Below, piece by piece: positions 36,906 through 48,567 of a stretch of 64,000 nucleotides of DNA. Made by a program: the position numbers and the translations under genes. Below the pieces are notes generated by a model that did not search any database, was not told the DNA's origin, and saw nothing but the letters and a program-made list of their open reading frames with translations. The stretch is from an uncultured SAR116 cluster alpha proteobacterium. GTDB taxonomy: Bacteria; Pseudomonadota; Alphaproteobacteria; Puniceispirillales; Marisalimonadaceae. The stretch is taken from positions 6,242-70,241 of the forward strand of contig CACJJL010000009.1 in assembly GCA_902593735.1 (NCBI GenBank). Reading direction: 5' to 3'. Numbering within the stretch: position 1 is the stretch's first letter; every line of letters starts with the position of its first letter.

Positions 36906-38378
36906 TTATTTAAGTTTCTCTTTAAGTAGCTTATTTACTACACCTGGATTTGCTTTACCTTGGGATAATTTCATAACTTGTCCTACAAAAAAACCAAAAA
37001 GTTTATCTTTTCCACTTAAATATTCATTAACCCTATCTTGGTTGTTTGAGATTACTTGATCTATCAATTTTAAAATTTCTGTATCATCAGAAACTTGCTC
37101 AAGTCCTTTTTCTTTTACAATTTTTGAAGGTGACTTTTTACTTTTCATCATCTCTGAAAATACTTCTTTTGCAATTTTACCTGAAATAGTTCCATTGGAT
37201 ATCAAAGAAATTAATTCTCCAAAATTTTCAGAAGTAATTGGTGACTCTGAGAAAGACAAATTGTCTTTTTTTAAAGCACCAAATAATTCAGTTATCATCC
37301 AATTTGCCGTAAGCTTTCCGTCTCTTCCATTTGCTACTTGTTGGTAAAAATCAACGTAATCTTTTTCCTCGACAAGAATGGAGGCATCATAAGAAGTAAT
37401 ACCAAAATCTTTAACTAGTCTTTTTTTAAGACTATCTGGAAGTTCTGGAAGTTTTTCTCTAATATTTTGAACCCAACTATCTGTAAATTCTAGAGGTAAT
37501 AAATCTGGATCAGGAAAATATCTATAATCGTGAGCATCTTCCTTACTCCTCATTGATCTAGTTTCTCCTGTAGAAGTATCAAAAAGTCTTGTTTCTTGAT
37601 CTATTATTCCACCCTCCTCCAGTATATCAACTTGTCTTTCTGCTTCAGATTGTATTGCTTGAATAATAAATCTAATAGAATTTAGATTTTTTATCTCACA
37701 TCTTGTTCCAAATTCTTCTCCAGATTTTCTAACAGATACATTGCAATCAGCTCTAAGTGATCCTTCTTCCATATTTCCATCACATGCACCAATATATCTC
37801 AGTATAGATCTAATTTTTTTAACATATGCACCTGCTTCTTGAGGTGATCTTATATCTGGCTTTGAAACTATTTCCATTAATGCAACACCAGTTCTGTTTA
37901 GATCAATATATGATTTTGTTGGATGTTTATCATGAAGTGATTTTCCTGCATCCTGTTCTAAATGTATTCTTTCAATACCAATTATCGTTTGTTCGCCGTC
38001 ATTTAAATCAACTATAATTTCACCTTCACCTACAATTGGTTTGGTAAATTGACTTATCTGATATCCTTGAGGTAAATCTGCGTAAAAGTAATTTTTTCTA
38101 TCAAAAACTGAAACATTATTTATTTTAGCATTTAGTGCCAGTCCTGTTTTAACTGCTTGTTCCACACAGAACTCATTAATAACTGGAAGCATGCCAGGCA
38201 TTGCAGCATCGACTAAGGATACATTTCTATTAGCTTCAGAACCAAAAGAAGCAGACGCACCTGAAAACAATTTTGATTTACTTGAAATTTGTGCATGTAT
38301 TTCAAGTCCAATTACCATTTCCCATATACCAGTTTCACCCTGAATATGACCTGGCTTCAATGTTGAAGTGTCATTCAT
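36906..38378 (-). CDS. gatB: Asp/Glu-tRNA amidotransferase subunit B
   Basis: [45 protein letters not shown]. Confidence 0.98.
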   Translation of the reverse strand: MNDTSTLKPGHIQGETGIWEMVIGLEIHAQISSKSKLFSGASASFGSEANRNVSLVDAAMPGMLPVINEFCVEQAVKTGLALNAKINNVSVFDRKNYFYADLPQGYQISQFTKPIVGEGEIIVDLNDGEQTIIGIERIHLEQDAGKSLHDKHPTKSYIDLNRTGVALMEIVSKPDIRSPQEAGAYVKKIRSILRYIGACDGNMEEGSLRADCNVSVRKSGEEFGTRCEIKNLNSIRFIIQAIQSEAERQVDILEEGGIIDQETRLFDTSTGETRSMRSKEDAHDYRYFPDPDLLPLEFTDSWVQNIREKLPELPDSLKKRLVKDFGITSYDASILVEEKDYVDFYQQVANGRDGKLTANWMITELFGALKKDNLSFSESPITSENFGELISLISNGTISGKIAKEVFSEMMKSKKSPSKIVKEKGLEQVSDDTEILKLIDQVISNNQDRVNEYLSGKDKLFGFFVGQVMKLSQGKANPGVVNKLLKEKLK

Positions 38379-39838
38379 TTTGCAGCTCCATCAGCTATAA
38401 AATCAAATCCTGCACTCATTTCTAACACTCTAGCTATACTAATCAAGCCAGGTTCATCATAAGAGTTTGCAATCAATTGTATGCCAATTGGTAAGCCAGA
38501 TTTATCTAAGCCAACTGGCAAGGAAACTCCAGGTAATCCAGCTAAACTTGCTGGTACTGTGAAAATATCATTTAAATACATAGTAAGAGGATCTTGTTTT
38601 TTCCCTAATTCGAAAGAAGTTGTTGGTGTAGAGGGCGTCAAAATATAATCTACTTTTTTGTAAACGTTCTCAAAATCTTCTTTTATTAATCTTCTTACTT
38701 TTTGAGCTTTTAGATAATAAGCGTCATAATATCCTGAAGATAAGACATAAGTACCGATCATTATCCTTCTTTTAACCTCATCGCCAAAACCATTTCCACG
38801 AGTTAATTCATACATTTCATCTAAACTAGAAGCTTCCTGTCTTGCGCCGTATCTAACGCCGTCATATCGAGCTAAATTACTTGAGGCTTCTGCTGGAGCA
38901 ATAATATAATAAGCAGGTAGAGCGTATTTAGTATGAGGCAACGAAACTGGAATTATCTCAGCTCCTTCATCTTTTAACCAATCAATTGATTTCTCATAAA
39001 ATTTTACAATATCTTCAGAAATACCATCTTGAGTGTATTCTTTTGGTATGCCTATTTTTTTTCCTTTTATCCCTTTATCCAAATAATCCATTAAGTCTGG
39101 CATTTTTAAATTTGCTGATGTGGAGTCTTTTTGGTCATAGCCAGCCATAGAATTTAACATTAAAGCAGCATCACTAACTGTTCTAGTTAGTGGACCTGCC
39201 TGATCTAAGGAAGAAGAAAATGCTACAATTCCCCATCTTGAACACCTTCCGTATGTAGGCTTTAAACCAGTTATACCACAAAAAGCTGCTGGTTGTCTTA
39301 TTGATCCACCTGTATCTGTACCTGTTGCAGCCAAAGCGGACCTTGCAGCAACCGCTGCAGCTGATCCACCTGATGAACCACCTGGAGACATTTTTTTATT
39401 TTTCAACCATGGGTTTATTACATTACCTTTAGCTGCAGTTTCATTACTAGAACCCATTGCAAATTCATCACACGATAATTTCCCAAGAATAACTGCACCA
39501 TCATTCCATAGATTCTGAGTTACTGTACTTTCATAAGTAGGTATAAAATTTTCTAAAATTTTTGAAGACGCAGTTGTTTTTATGTCTTTGGTGCAAAACA
39601 TGTCTTTAATTCCTATGGGAATTCCCTCTAGAGGTCTTGCTGTACCATCAATCAATTTTTTGTCTGATTCTTTTGCCATACTTATGGCCTTATCCTCTAC
39701 TATTTCAAGATAAGCACCTAACAAAGAAGTATCGTTAATAGATTTCAAATAAGCATTAGTTAATTCTAATGATGTAATCTTTTTATTTTTAAGAGCTTTA
39801 GAGGCCTCAACTAAATTTAAATCAAGTAATTCAGACAT
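38375..39838 (-). CDS. gatA: Asp/Glu-tRNA amidotransferase subunit A
   Basis: [46 protein letters not shown]. Confidence 0.98.
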   Translation of the reverse strand: MSELLDLNLVEASKALKNKKITSLELTNAYLKSINDTSLLGAYLEIVEDKAISMAKESDKKLIDGTARPLEGIPIGIKDMFCTKDIKTTASSKILENFIPTYESTVTQNLWNDGAVILGKLSCDEFAMGSSNETAAKGNVINPWLKNKKMSPGGSSGGSAAAVAARSALAATGTDTGGSIRQPAAFCGITGLKPTYGRCSRWGIVAFSSSLDQAGPLTRTVSDAALMLNSMAGYDQKDSTSANLKMPDLMDYLDKGIKGKKIGIPKEYTQDGISEDIVKFYEKSIDWLKDEGAEIIPVSLPHTKYALPAYYIIAPAEASSNLARYDGVRYGARQEASSLDEMYELTRGNGFGDEVKRRIMIGTYVLSSGYYDAYYLKAQKVRRLIKEDFENVYKKVDYILTPSTPTTSFELGKKQDPLTMYLNDIFTVPASLAGLPGVSLPVGLDKSGLPIGIQLIANSYDEPGLISIARVLEMSAGFDFIADGAAK

Positions 39839-40140
39839 TATTCAATAACCTTTGGAACAACAAAAAAGCCACTAGATTTTTCAGGGGCATTTTTTAAAAC
39901 TAAATCTTCAATATTACCATCATTTACATCATCATTTCTAAGTGGCAACTTATGTCCTGTTACAGAAGCTAATGGCTCGACATTAGAGGTATCTACTTCA
40001 TCAAGCTGTGCAACAAAGCCTAAAATATTATTTAAATCATTAGTAAGATTTTCTTTATTTACTTCTGGAATATCTAAACGAGAAAGCCGAGCTATTTTAT
40101 TTACAGTAGGAGCATCTACAATTGTATCTTTATTAGACAT
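39838..40140 (-). CDS. gatC: Asp/Glu-tRNA amidotransferase subunit C
   Basis: [22 protein letters not shown]...FFVVPKVIE. Confidence 0.95.
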   Translation of the reverse strand: MSNKDTIVDAPTVNKIARLSRLDIPEVNKENLTNDLNNILGFVAQLDEVDTSNVEPLASVTGHKLPLRNDDVNDGNIEDLVLKNAPEKSSGFFVVPKVIE

Positions 40141-40201
40141 GTTCAACCCTATATCAAATTGATAAATTTTTATTTTGTATCAAAATCTGTTACCATCAAT
40201 T

Positions 40202-40669
40202 ATGCCTATCTTCAAGCCTGATGAATTTTTGTTAAATATATTGCCTAAAAAAAGACTATTAGGAATTGATCACGGTACTAAAATACTAGGCATAGCAATA
40301 AGTAACTCCGATATGACAGTTGCATCACCAATAAAAACTATAAAAAGAGACAAACTAAAATCCGATTTAAATAAATTGATATCAATTTTTGATGAGTATG
40401 AAATTACAGGATTAGTAATGGGCTGGCCACTTAATATGGATGGGAGTGTAGGTCCTAGATGCGACTCAGTAAGAGATTTTACTAATAGTGTTTTAAAAAA
40501 GATAGATCTTCCAGTTTTATTTCAAGATGAAAGAATGTCTACAATGGCTATTGAAAAGCCAATGATTACAGCAGATATGACAAGAAAACAAAGAAGTTTA
40601 AGAACTGATCAACTTGCAGCTTGTTGGATTTTGCAAACTGCACTAGACGTATTAAAAAAAAAAATGTAG
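40202..40669 (+). CDS. ruvX: YqgF/RuvX pre-16S rRNA nuclease
   Basis: [41 protein letters not shown]. Start is ATG 40202 or TTG 40175. Confidence 0.93.
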   Translation: MPIFKPDEFLLNILPKKRLLGIDHGTKILGIAISNSDMTVASPIKTIKRDKLKSDLNKLISIFDEYEITGLVMGWPLNMDGSVGPRCDSVRDFTNSVLKKIDLPVLFQDERMSTMAIEKPMITADMTRKQRSLRTDQLAACWILQTALDVLKKKM

Positions 40670-40682
40670 TAAGATATTTTTA

Positions 40683-41657
40683 ATGAATAAATTATTTAGA
40701 AATAACTCTGAAGTTAATAAATCTTCTCCTGTAAAATTATCATCACATCACTTGCTAGCAATAGAAGGCATGCAAAAAACTGAAATTCAGAAACTACTTG
40801 ATAGAGCTGACTATTTTGCAAATTTAGACAAACACACCGACACCAAATATCTATCTGGATATGTTGTACTAAATGTCTTTTTTGAAAATTCAACTCGTAC
40901 TAGAGTTTCTTTTGAACTTGCAGCAAGAAGACTTGGAGCAGAAGTAATTAATATTTCTTTAATTAACTCATCTATAAAAAAAGGGGAAAGCTTATTAGAT
41001 ACTGCAAGTACCTTAAACGCAATGAAACCTGATTTATTGATAGTGAGACATCCTCATAGTGGCGCTCCACTCCTATTCGCAGAATATTTAAGCTGTAGTA
41101 TTATCAACGCTGGTGACGGAAGACACGAGCACCCTACCCAAGCTTTATTAGATGCTTTAACAATCAAAAGAAGAATTGGATACCTTGAAGGTTTAAAGAT
41201 TAGCATATGTGGTGACATAGCTAACAGTAGAGTAGCAAGATCAAATATACATTTGTTAACAACAATGGGTGCTGATGTTAGATGCGTTGCTCCATCAACA
41301 TTAATGCCTTCGACCTTAGAAAAATTAGGTGTGAAATGCTTTTTTGATATGAAAGAAGGAATTAAAGATGCTGATGTAGTAATGTTATTACGTCTTCAAA
41401 ATGAAAGAATGTCAGGCACGGAAAATCCTTCTGAAAGAGAATATTTTAAATTTTTTGGACTTGATGAAATAAAACTTTCATTGGCCAACCCAAACGCAGT
41501 AATAATGCATCCTGGACCAATGAATAGAGGTGTAGAAATAGCATCTGTCCTAGCAGACGATACAAATAGGAGTTTAATAAAAACTCAAGTTGAAATGGGT
41601 GTTGCTGTAAGGATGTCTATAATTGAGGCATTAAATCATTCTAAAAATAAAACTTAA
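40683..41657 (+). CDS. pyrB: Aspartate carbamoyltransferase catalytic subunit
   Basis: [40 protein letters not shown]. Confidence 0.97.
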   Translation: MNKLFRNNSEVNKSSPVKLSSHHLLAIEGMQKTEIQKLLDRADYFANLDKHTDTKYLSGYVVLNVFFENSTRTRVSFELAARRLGAEVINISLINSSIKKGESLLDTASTLNAMKPDLLIVRHPHSGAPLLFAEYLSCSIINAGDGRHEHPTQALLDALTIKRRIGYLEGLKISICGDIANSRVARSNIHLLTTMGADVRCVAPSTLMPSTLEKLGVKCFFDMKEGIKDADVVMLLRLQNERMSGTENPSEREYFKFFGLDEIKLSLANPNAVIMHPGPMNRGVEIASVLADDTNRSLIKTQVEMGVAVRMSIIEALNHSKNKT

Positions 41658-41665
41658 AGAATTCT

Positions 41666-42991
41666 ATGACACATTCAATTTTTAAATCTATCAAACTTAT
41701 AAACCCTGCTACAAATTTTAATCAAAAAGTAAATGTAGTAATTCAAAATGAAACTATTATTAGTATATCAAAAGATTTAAATTTAGAAAAATTTCATAAA
41801 GATAATAAAACTATAATTTATGACTGTGAGGGTCTTACAATGTCGCCTGGTATATTTGATATGCGGGTAAATATTGGAAAGACTGAGAATCTAAAATTCA
41901 CTCAAATTATTGCTGCCGAAAGTGGAATTACGTCTATGGCAATTCTACCTAATCAAACTCCAAAGTTAAACAATCCATCTATAATTGATCATATTAAAAG
42001 ACAATCAGAAGATATAAATCTTCCAAAGGTAATGGTCTATGGAGCCGCAACAAAAGATATAAACGGTTTAGAAATGAGTGAAATCGGGCTGATGTCAGAA
42101 ATGGGGGCGATAGGTTTCACTAATGGAAATAAAAGTATTAAAAATAGTCTAGTTATGAGACGATTAATGAGTTATGCAACAATGATTAATCGCCCCATAA
42201 TACAACATGCAGAAGATGAAGATTTATCAGGTTTAAATCAAGCTTCAACAACCTCTATAAAAGGTGAAATGAATGAAGGAGAAATATCTACTCGTTTAGG
42301 ATTAATTGGAATTCCAGCTTGCGCTGAAGTTATTATTATTGAAAGAGATATCAGATTAGCTAAGTTGACTGGAGCGCATTATCACGTAGCACATGTGTCT
42401 ACAAGAGATGCGGTAAACGTAATTAGGGAAGCTAAAAAATCAGGTTTAAGCATTACATGTGATACTGCTCCACCTTATTTTTCATTAAACGAAAGTAAAT
42501 TATTAACTTACAACACAGCATTCAAATTATCACCTCCTCTAAGAAACGAAGATGATAGACTAGGAATTATTGAAGCAATTCAAGATGGAACAATTGATGC
42601 TATAGCATCTGATCATAGAGCTAGATCGAAGGATACAAAAGCTCAACCTTTTTCTGCCGCTTCAGTTGGCGCATCTGGAATTGAAACTTTGTTTTCAATT
42701 ACTTTAGATTTAGTACATAAAAAAATTATTGACATTAACAAAGCAATCTCTTTTTTAACAATTAACCCAGCAAAAATTTTTGGAATTGACAGTCCAAGCT
42801 TAGAGGAAGAAAAAATAGCTGACTTTATTGTTTTTGATGAAAATGAGCCTAATACAATTAAACAAGAAAATTTAAAGACTAGTCCAACTCCGTTTGACGG
42901 AAGAAAAATTCATGGTAAAATTTTAGCAACTTACATAAACGGTCAAGTTGCCTTTATGAATCAGATTTTTAAAAATAAAATAATAAAATGA
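41666..42991 (+). CDS. pyrC: Dihydroorotase-like protein (probably inactive PyrC'/PyrX type)
   Basis: PNQTP, QHAED, HVAHVST, FKLSPPLR, DAIASDH; the first HxH metal motif is replaced by DMRVN. Confidence 0.85.
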   Translation: MTHSIFKSIKLINPATNFNQKVNVVIQNETIISISKDLNLEKFHKDNKTIIYDCEGLTMSPGIFDMRVNIGKTENLKFTQIIAAESGITSMAILPNQTPKLNNPSIIDHIKRQSEDINLPKVMVYGAATKDINGLEMSEIGLMSEMGAIGFTNGNKSIKNSLVMRRLMSYATMINRPIIQHAEDEDLSGLNQASTTSIKGEMNEGEISTRLGLIGIPACAEVIIIERDIRLAKLTGAHYHVAHVSTRDAVNVIREAKKSGLSITCDTAPPYFSLNESKLLTYNTAFKLSPPLRNEDDRLGIIEAIQDGTIDAIASDHRARSKDTKAQPFSAASVGASGIETLFSITLDLVHKKIIDINKAISFLTINPAKIFGIDSPSLEEEKIADFIVFDENEPNTIKQENLKTSPTPFDGRKIHGKILATYINGQVAFMNQIFKNKIIK

Positions 42992-43614
42992 CTAATGATT
43001 TAAATTTTTTGGTTTTAGGCTCAATCTTTGTTTTTGGATATTTTTTAGGATCAATTCCTTTTGGATTAATACTCACAAAAACATCTGGATTAGGAGATAT
43101 TAGAAAAATTGGGAGTGGAAATATTGGTGCCACAAATGTTTTGCGAACTGGGAATAAAAAAATAGCCTTTTTGACACTTCTTCTTGATGGTGGTAAAGGG
43201 ACAATAGCAATTTATCTAATTACTTTGTTTTTACAAAATGTTTTCAAGAATGATTTTAATAAGATAGAATTTTATCAATGCACAGTTGCGGTATCAGCTG
43301 TTCTAGGTCACTGTTTTCCAATTTGGCTAAAGTTTAAAGGTGGCAAGGGAGTTGCAACTGGATTTGGTGTTATTTTATCACTTAATTTATATATTGGTAT
43401 AGTTTCCTTATTATTATGGGTTTTTATAACAAAAGTATTCAAAATAAGTTCAATGTCTGCTTTAATTGCATTTTTATTAATCCCAGTTCTTATGTTTTAT
43501 TATGAAACTGAGTACATATATTTTTTAAGTTCTTTAATAATTTCATTAATATGTTTTATTCAGCACAGAGAAAATATAAAACGCTTAATTAATAGAGATG
43601 AACCAAAAATATAA
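42988..43614 (+). CDS. plsY: Glycerol-3-phosphate acyltransferase
   Basis: GSIPFG, GSGNIGATNVLR, GHCFP, FKGGKGVAT, HRENIKRL. Confidence 0.96.
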   Translation: MTNDLNFLVLGSIFVFGYFLGSIPFGLILTKTSGLGDIRKIGSGNIGATNVLRTGNKKIAFLTLLLDGGKGTIAIYLITLFLQNVFKNDFNKIEFYQCTVAVSAVLGHCFPIWLKFKGGKGVATGFGVILSLNLYIGIVSLLLWVFITKVFKISSMSALIAFLLIPVLMFYYETEYIYFLSSLIISLICFIQHRENIKRLINRDEPKI

Positions 43615-43707
43615 AAACATTATTATTGTTATTTGATTAAAGTAATGTTATCTGCACTAAATTGATATATTTTGAAATATAAACAATAGGTTCAGGATTT
43701 AAAATAA

Positions 43708-46221
43708 ATGAAGTTAGTAATAGTTGAATCTCCAGCAAAAGCTCAAACTATTAATAAATACCTTGGTGATGACTTTAAAGTTATTGCCTCAGTTGGGCAC
43801 ATAAGAAACCTTGTAAGAAAACAAGGTTCCGTTCAACCAGAAGATGGTTTCAAAATGATATGGGAAACAGACAAAAATAAAGATAAAGTACTCAAGGAAA
43901 TCATACAAGAAACAAAACATTCTGAAACAATTATATTAGCAACTGATCCTGACAGGGAAGGCGAAGCAATTAGCTGGCATTTAAAAGAATTTTTAGAAGA
44001 AAAAAATATTCTTGAGAAAAAGAATGTTCAAAGAGTATCTTTTAATGAGATCACAAAACCCGCTGTACTTAAGGCTATGGAGGAACCTAGGTTAATAAAT
44101 AATGAGTTAGTTGATGCTTATAAAGCAAGAACAGCTTTAGATTATTTGGTCGGTTTCAAAATTTCTCCAATTTTGTGGAAAAAATTATCTAATCAATCTA
44201 GATCCGCAGGTAGAGTGCAATCAGTAGCTTTAAGATTAATATGTGAAAGAGAAATTGAAATTGAAAAATTCAACATTGAGGAATATTGGTCTATTTCCTC
44301 TAATTTCTTAAAAAATAATAACACTAAATTTTCTGCTAAACTGACTGTTTTAGATAGTAATAAGCTAAAAAAATTGGATATAAAAAATGAAACTGAAGTA
44401 AATATAGCCTTACAAAAAATTAAAGATTCAAATTTTAAGATTAAAAACATTCAAACAAAACGTGTTAAAAGAAATCCTCTACCTCCTTATACAACATCTA
44501 CTCTACAACAAGACGCATCAAATAAATTAAATTTTGGGGCATCTAGGACTATGAGTATAGCTCAAAAACTTTATGAGGGTATAAACATTGGTACAGAAAC
44601 AACAGGACTGATCACCTACATGAGAACCGACGGTGTTCAATTAAGTAAAGAATCAATTGATGAAATAAGAAATGAAATTTCGAATAGGCATGGGGAAAAT
44701 TTTGTTCCTCAAATACCTAGAATTTATAAATCAAAGGCCGCTAACGCGCAAGAGGCGCATGAAGCAATAAGACCAACATCTATTAATCGTGATCCTGATA
44801 GTATTTCTAAATATTTAGATGAAGAACAAAAAAAACTTTATGAATTAATATGGAAAAGAACAATTTCCAGCCAAATGGAATCTGCTCAGTTAGACGAGAC
44901 ATCCGCTGACATTTCAAATGAGCATGGAAGTATAATGTTTAGAGCAAATGGTTCTCAAGTCCATTTTCAAGGTTTTTTTATTTATAGAGACAGAGAAGAA
45001 GATAGAATATTACCCAATCTTTTAGAAAATGAGGATGTCATTTCAGATAATCCTAGTGGAGAGCAACATTTTACACAACCGCCAGCAAGATATAATGATG
45101 CGAGTCTAGTAAAAAAAATGGAAGAATTAGGTATTGGAAGACCATCTACATATGCATCTACAGTGAGAACTCTTATTGATAGAGAGTATATTATAAAAGA
45201 AAGAGGAAGACATGTTCCTCAAGAAAAAGGTAGAATAGTTACTGCATTCTTGAATAATTTTTTTGGTAAATATATTGAATACGATTTCACTGCAGACTTA
45301 GAAAAAAAACTTGATATAGTTTCTGACGGAAAATTAAATTATAAAAATTTTTTAGAGGAGTTTTGGAAAGGATTTAAAATTCATTTGGACAAAATGCAGG
45401 ATTTAGAAAGAAAGAATATAACTAAAGCAATTGAAAATGAATTAAGCGACCTATTTTTTCCCAGAACAGAAGGAGATGAAACTAAAGATATAAGATCTTG
45501 TCCAAAATGTGAAAATGGTAATTTAGGTTTAAATATTGGTAAGTATGGTGCATATATTTCATGCTCAAATTACCCAGAATGTAAATTTAATAGACAGACA
45601 GCAAATAATGAGAGCAGAGATACTGAATATATAAATGATAATTTTGTTCCAGATAATGACGGAGTTTTAGGAATTGATCCTCAAACAGGACTAGAAGTTA
45701 TAATTAAAAAAGGTCCATATGGTATATATCTTCAGTTAGGCGAAAAGAAAAAACCAAAACGAACAAGCATACCAAGGCTTGTAGAGGCATCTAGCATCGA
45801 CCTTGATAAAGCCCTTTCATTTTTATCATTACCCAGATTAATAGGCAAACACCCAGAAACAGGTCAGGATATTTCAGCAGGTATAGGAAGATATGGTCCG
45901 TATTTAAAATATGATATAAATTTTATAAGCATACCAGCTGATGAAACTGTTATTAACATTGGTCTTAATCATGCTGTGGTTTTAATAGGTGAAAACAGTC
46001 AAAAACTTGGGAAAGTACTTGGAGATCATCCAGATGGAAATGGAAAAGTTTTAGCTAAATCTGGGAGATTTGGTCCATATGTTGAATATAATAAAATAAG
46101 GGCAACATTGCCCAAATCAATATCATTGGAAGAGATTGACTTAGATAAAGCTATTGAATTAATTGTTGCCAAGGCTGCAAAACCTCAAAGATCAAAAAAG
46201 AAACAAACCAAGAAAAAATAA
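43708..46221 (+). CDS. topA: DNA topoisomerase I
   Basis: IVESPAK, ATDPDREGE, SAGRVQS, ITYMRTD, AQEAHEAIRPT, GIGRPSTY, one Zn ribbon, C-terminal GRYGPY repeats. Confidence 0.98.
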   Translation: MKLVIVESPAKAQTINKYLGDDFKVIASVGHIRNLVRKQGSVQPEDGFKMIWETDKNKDKVLKEIIQETKHSETIILATDPDREGEAISWHLKEFLEEKNILEKKNVQRVSFNEITKPAVLKAMEEPRLINNELVDAYKARTALDYLVGFKISPILWKKLSNQSRSAGRVQSVALRLICEREIEIEKFNIEEYWSISSNFLKNNNTKFSAKLTVLDSNKLKKLDIKNETEVNIALQKIKDSNFKIKNIQTKRVKRNPLPPYTTSTLQQDASNKLNFGASRTMSIAQKLYEGINIGTETTGLITYMRTDGVQLSKESIDEIRNEISNRHGENFVPQIPRIYKSKAANAQEAHEAIRPTSINRDPDSISKYLDEEQKKLYELIWKRTISSQMESAQLDETSADISNEHGSIMFRANGSQVHFQGFFIYRDREEDRILPNLLENEDVISDNPSGEQHFTQPPARYNDASLVKKMEELGIGRPSTYASTVRTLIDREYIIKERGRHVPQEKGRIVTAFLNNFFGKYIEYDFTADLEKKLDIVSDGKLNYKNFLEEFWKGFKIHLDKMQDLERKNITKAIENELSDLFFPRTEGDETKDIRSCPKCENGNLGLNIGKYGAYISCSNYPECKFNRQTANNESRDTEYINDNFVPDNDGVLGIDPQTGLEVIIKKGPYGIYLQLGEKKKPKRTSIPRLVEASSIDLDKALSFLSLPRLIGKHPETGQDISAGIGRYGPYLKYDINFISIPADETVINIGLNHAVVLIGENSQKLGKVLGDHPDGNGKVLAKSGRFGPYVEYNKIRATLPKSISLEEIDLDKAIELIVAKAAKPQRSKKKQTKKK

Positions 46222-46256
46222 GTTTAATTTCAATGACATTTGAATCATAAAAATAA

Positions 46257-48320
46257 GTGCAATCTAATAATAAAATACAAATTTCAAACTTAGAAATAAT
46301 TTTTATCGATGATGATGGTTTTGCTATAGGTCGTATTTTAAATAAAAATACATCAGATCAAGAAATTTCAATTCCATTTAATAAAAAAAATATAGATTTC
46401 AATATTGGTGATCGTCTATTAGTTGAATTAGAATTTGTTGGGAAAAAACAATTCAAATTTAAAAAAATTATTAAAAAGATTGAATTTGAAAAAAATTATT
46501 TCTTTGCAGAAGTGAAATTAACATCAAAAGGGAAGTTCTTCCTTAACGAATTAGAAAGAGGTTCTCAAAAAAGAGCAAAGTTTCAGCCAATTTTAATTGA
46601 TGATATAAAAATTAATAAAGGTGATGTAGTAAAAGCTCAGAGAGCGTCTCATGAGGTTTTAAAAAAACTTAAAATCAAAAAATTAAAAATTAATAAGAAT
46701 AAAAAATCTAGAAAAATTGATTATCAAGATTATGCAGAAATATTAGAAGTTATAGGTAATGTTCTCGATCCTAATGTATATTCTTACCTGGCAATAAGAG
46801 AATACAGTATAAAAAATAACTTCAATCAAGAAATAAAAAATGAAATTAGCAATCTAAATCCTTTTGAGAAGAATGGTCGTGTTGACTTGAGAGACTTATC
46901 GCTAGTTACAATTGATGGAGACGACGCCAAAGATTTTGACGATGCAGTTTATGCAGAATATGTTAGCAAAAAAAAAGAATGGCGAATCTTAGTTGCCATA
47001 GCTGATGTTTCGTATTATGTAAAATCAAATTCAGCTTTAGACAAAGAAGCTAAAATTAGAGGAAATTCAGTATATCTACCAAATTTTGTTATTCCAATGC
47101 TTCCTGAAGAATTGTCTAATGATAGATGTTCTCTTAGACCCAACGAAGACAGATTATGCCTTACAGTAGAAATTATATTGGATGAAGATGGAAAAAAGAA
47201 GTCACATTCTTTTTTTAGATCTGTGATTAATTCTAAAAAACGTTTAACTTATCAACAGGTTGAAGATGTTATTGATAAAAAAAATACAGATGAAATTTTT
47301 GATAATGAAATTATAAAAATTATAAAATCATTACATGATATATATTTAATCCTAGAAATTTTGAGGGAAAAAAGGGGTGCTTTGAAGCTTGAATTGCCCG
47401 AAAGAAAAATTTTATTCAATGATTTAGGGTGGCCAATTCAAGTCAAAAAAGTTTACGGACTAACAAGTAATAAAATTATTGAAGAACTAATGATACTGGC
47501 AAATGTATCGGCTGCGGAAGAGATAATTAAATATAGTTACCCTGCAATATATCGTATACATGAGCCACCTTCTCCAGAAAAATATAAAAATTTGATTGCA
47601 ATAATTGGTATCCCGCTTGCTAACATACTTATAGGAAAAGTACCACATCCAATATTAATGAATAAAATTTTAGCAAACACAAAAGAAACAGCTGATTATG
47701 ATATGATAAATCAGTCTATTTTAAGAAGTCAGTCTCAAGCTAAATATAATAATGAAAATAAATCACATTTTGGTTTGGCATTAAAAAACTATGTTCATTT
47801 TACCTCTCCTATAAGGAGATATTCAGATTTGATAATCCATAGACAAATTATTGAAATAATAAATAACAAAAATAAAAGAAAATGTAATAATACAACTTCA
47901 AAAATTAATAATGAAAAATTTAAAACAATTAGCGATCATATCTCAAACACGGAACGACAATCAGTAGCCGCTGAAAGAAAGACTTCAGATAGACTAATAT
48001 CACTGTTGTTTAAAGAAAAAATTAATGAGTTAGTTGATTGTACTATTATTTCAATTCATAAATTTGGAATTTTTGTATCTATTGAAGACGGAATAGCTGA
48101 CGCTTTACTTCCTTTAAGAAATTTACCTTATGATTGGTATGACTATGATCCAAATAAACAAGTACTTAAGGGAGTAGATAGTGATTACAAATTTACAATT
48201 GGAATGAAATTTAAAGTTAAAATTATAGAAGTTGAACCTCTAACTGGAAGTATAATAGTCAAGTTTCATAACAATATAATAAAAAGATCAATTGATAAAA
48301 ATAAAAATATAAATATATAA
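46257..48320 (+). CDS. rnr: Ribonuclease R (RNB domain)
   Basis: TIDGDDAKDFDDA, RGNSVY, PMLP, HFGLA..YVHFTSPIRRYSDL, C-terminal S1; position after topA. Confidence 0.92.
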   Translation: MQSNNKIQISNLEIIFIDDDGFAIGRILNKNTSDQEISIPFNKKNIDFNIGDRLLVELEFVGKKQFKFKKIIKKIEFEKNYFFAEVKLTSKGKFFLNELERGSQKRAKFQPILIDDIKINKGDVVKAQRASHEVLKKLKIKKLKINKNKKSRKIDYQDYAEILEVIGNVLDPNVYSYLAIREYSIKNNFNQEIKNEISNLNPFEKNGRVDLRDLSLVTIDGDDAKDFDDAVYAEYVSKKKEWRILVAIADVSYYVKSNSALDKEAKIRGNSVYLPNFVIPMLPEELSNDRCSLRPNEDRLCLTVEIILDEDGKKKSHSFFRSVINSKKRLTYQQVEDVIDKKNTDEIFDNEIIKIIKSLHDIYLILEILREKRGALKLELPERKILFNDLGWPIQVKKVYGLTSNKIIEELMILANVSAAEEIIKYSYPAIYRIHEPPSPEKYKNLIAIIGIPLANILIGKVPHPILMNKILANTKETADYDMINQSILRSQSQAKYNNENKSHFGLALKNYVHFTSPIRRYSDLIIHRQIIEIINNKNKRKCNNTTSKINNEKFKTISDHISNTERQSVAAERKTSDRLISLLFKEKINELVDCTIISIHKFGIFVSIEDGIADALLPLRNLPYDWYDYDPNKQVLKGVDSDYKFTIGMKFKVKIIEVEPLTGSIIVKFHNNIIKRSIDKNKNINI

Positions 48321-48394
48321 TAAAAATTAATTTTTATTAACTTGACTTGACAAAAAAAAATTTTAATTTATTTCCTTAAATATTGGAGTTAATA

Positions 48395-48562
48395 ATGGCA
48401 AAACCAGCTACACTACAAATAAAATTATTAAGTACTGCTGACACTGGTTTTTTTTATGTTACAAAAAAAAACCCAAGGACTAAACCTGAAAAGTTAGAAC
48501 TTAAAAAATATGATCCCAAAATTAGAAAACATGTCTTATTTAAAGAAGCTAAAATAAAATAG
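48395..48562 (+). CDS. rpmG: 50S ribosomal protein L33
   Basis: Not in the ORF track. Manual translation [55 protein letters not shown]; GGAG RBS. Confidence 0.97.
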   Translation: MAKPATLQIKLLSTADTGFFYVTKKNPRTKPEKLELKKYDPKIRKHVLFKEAKIK

Positions 48563-48567
48563 ATTTT

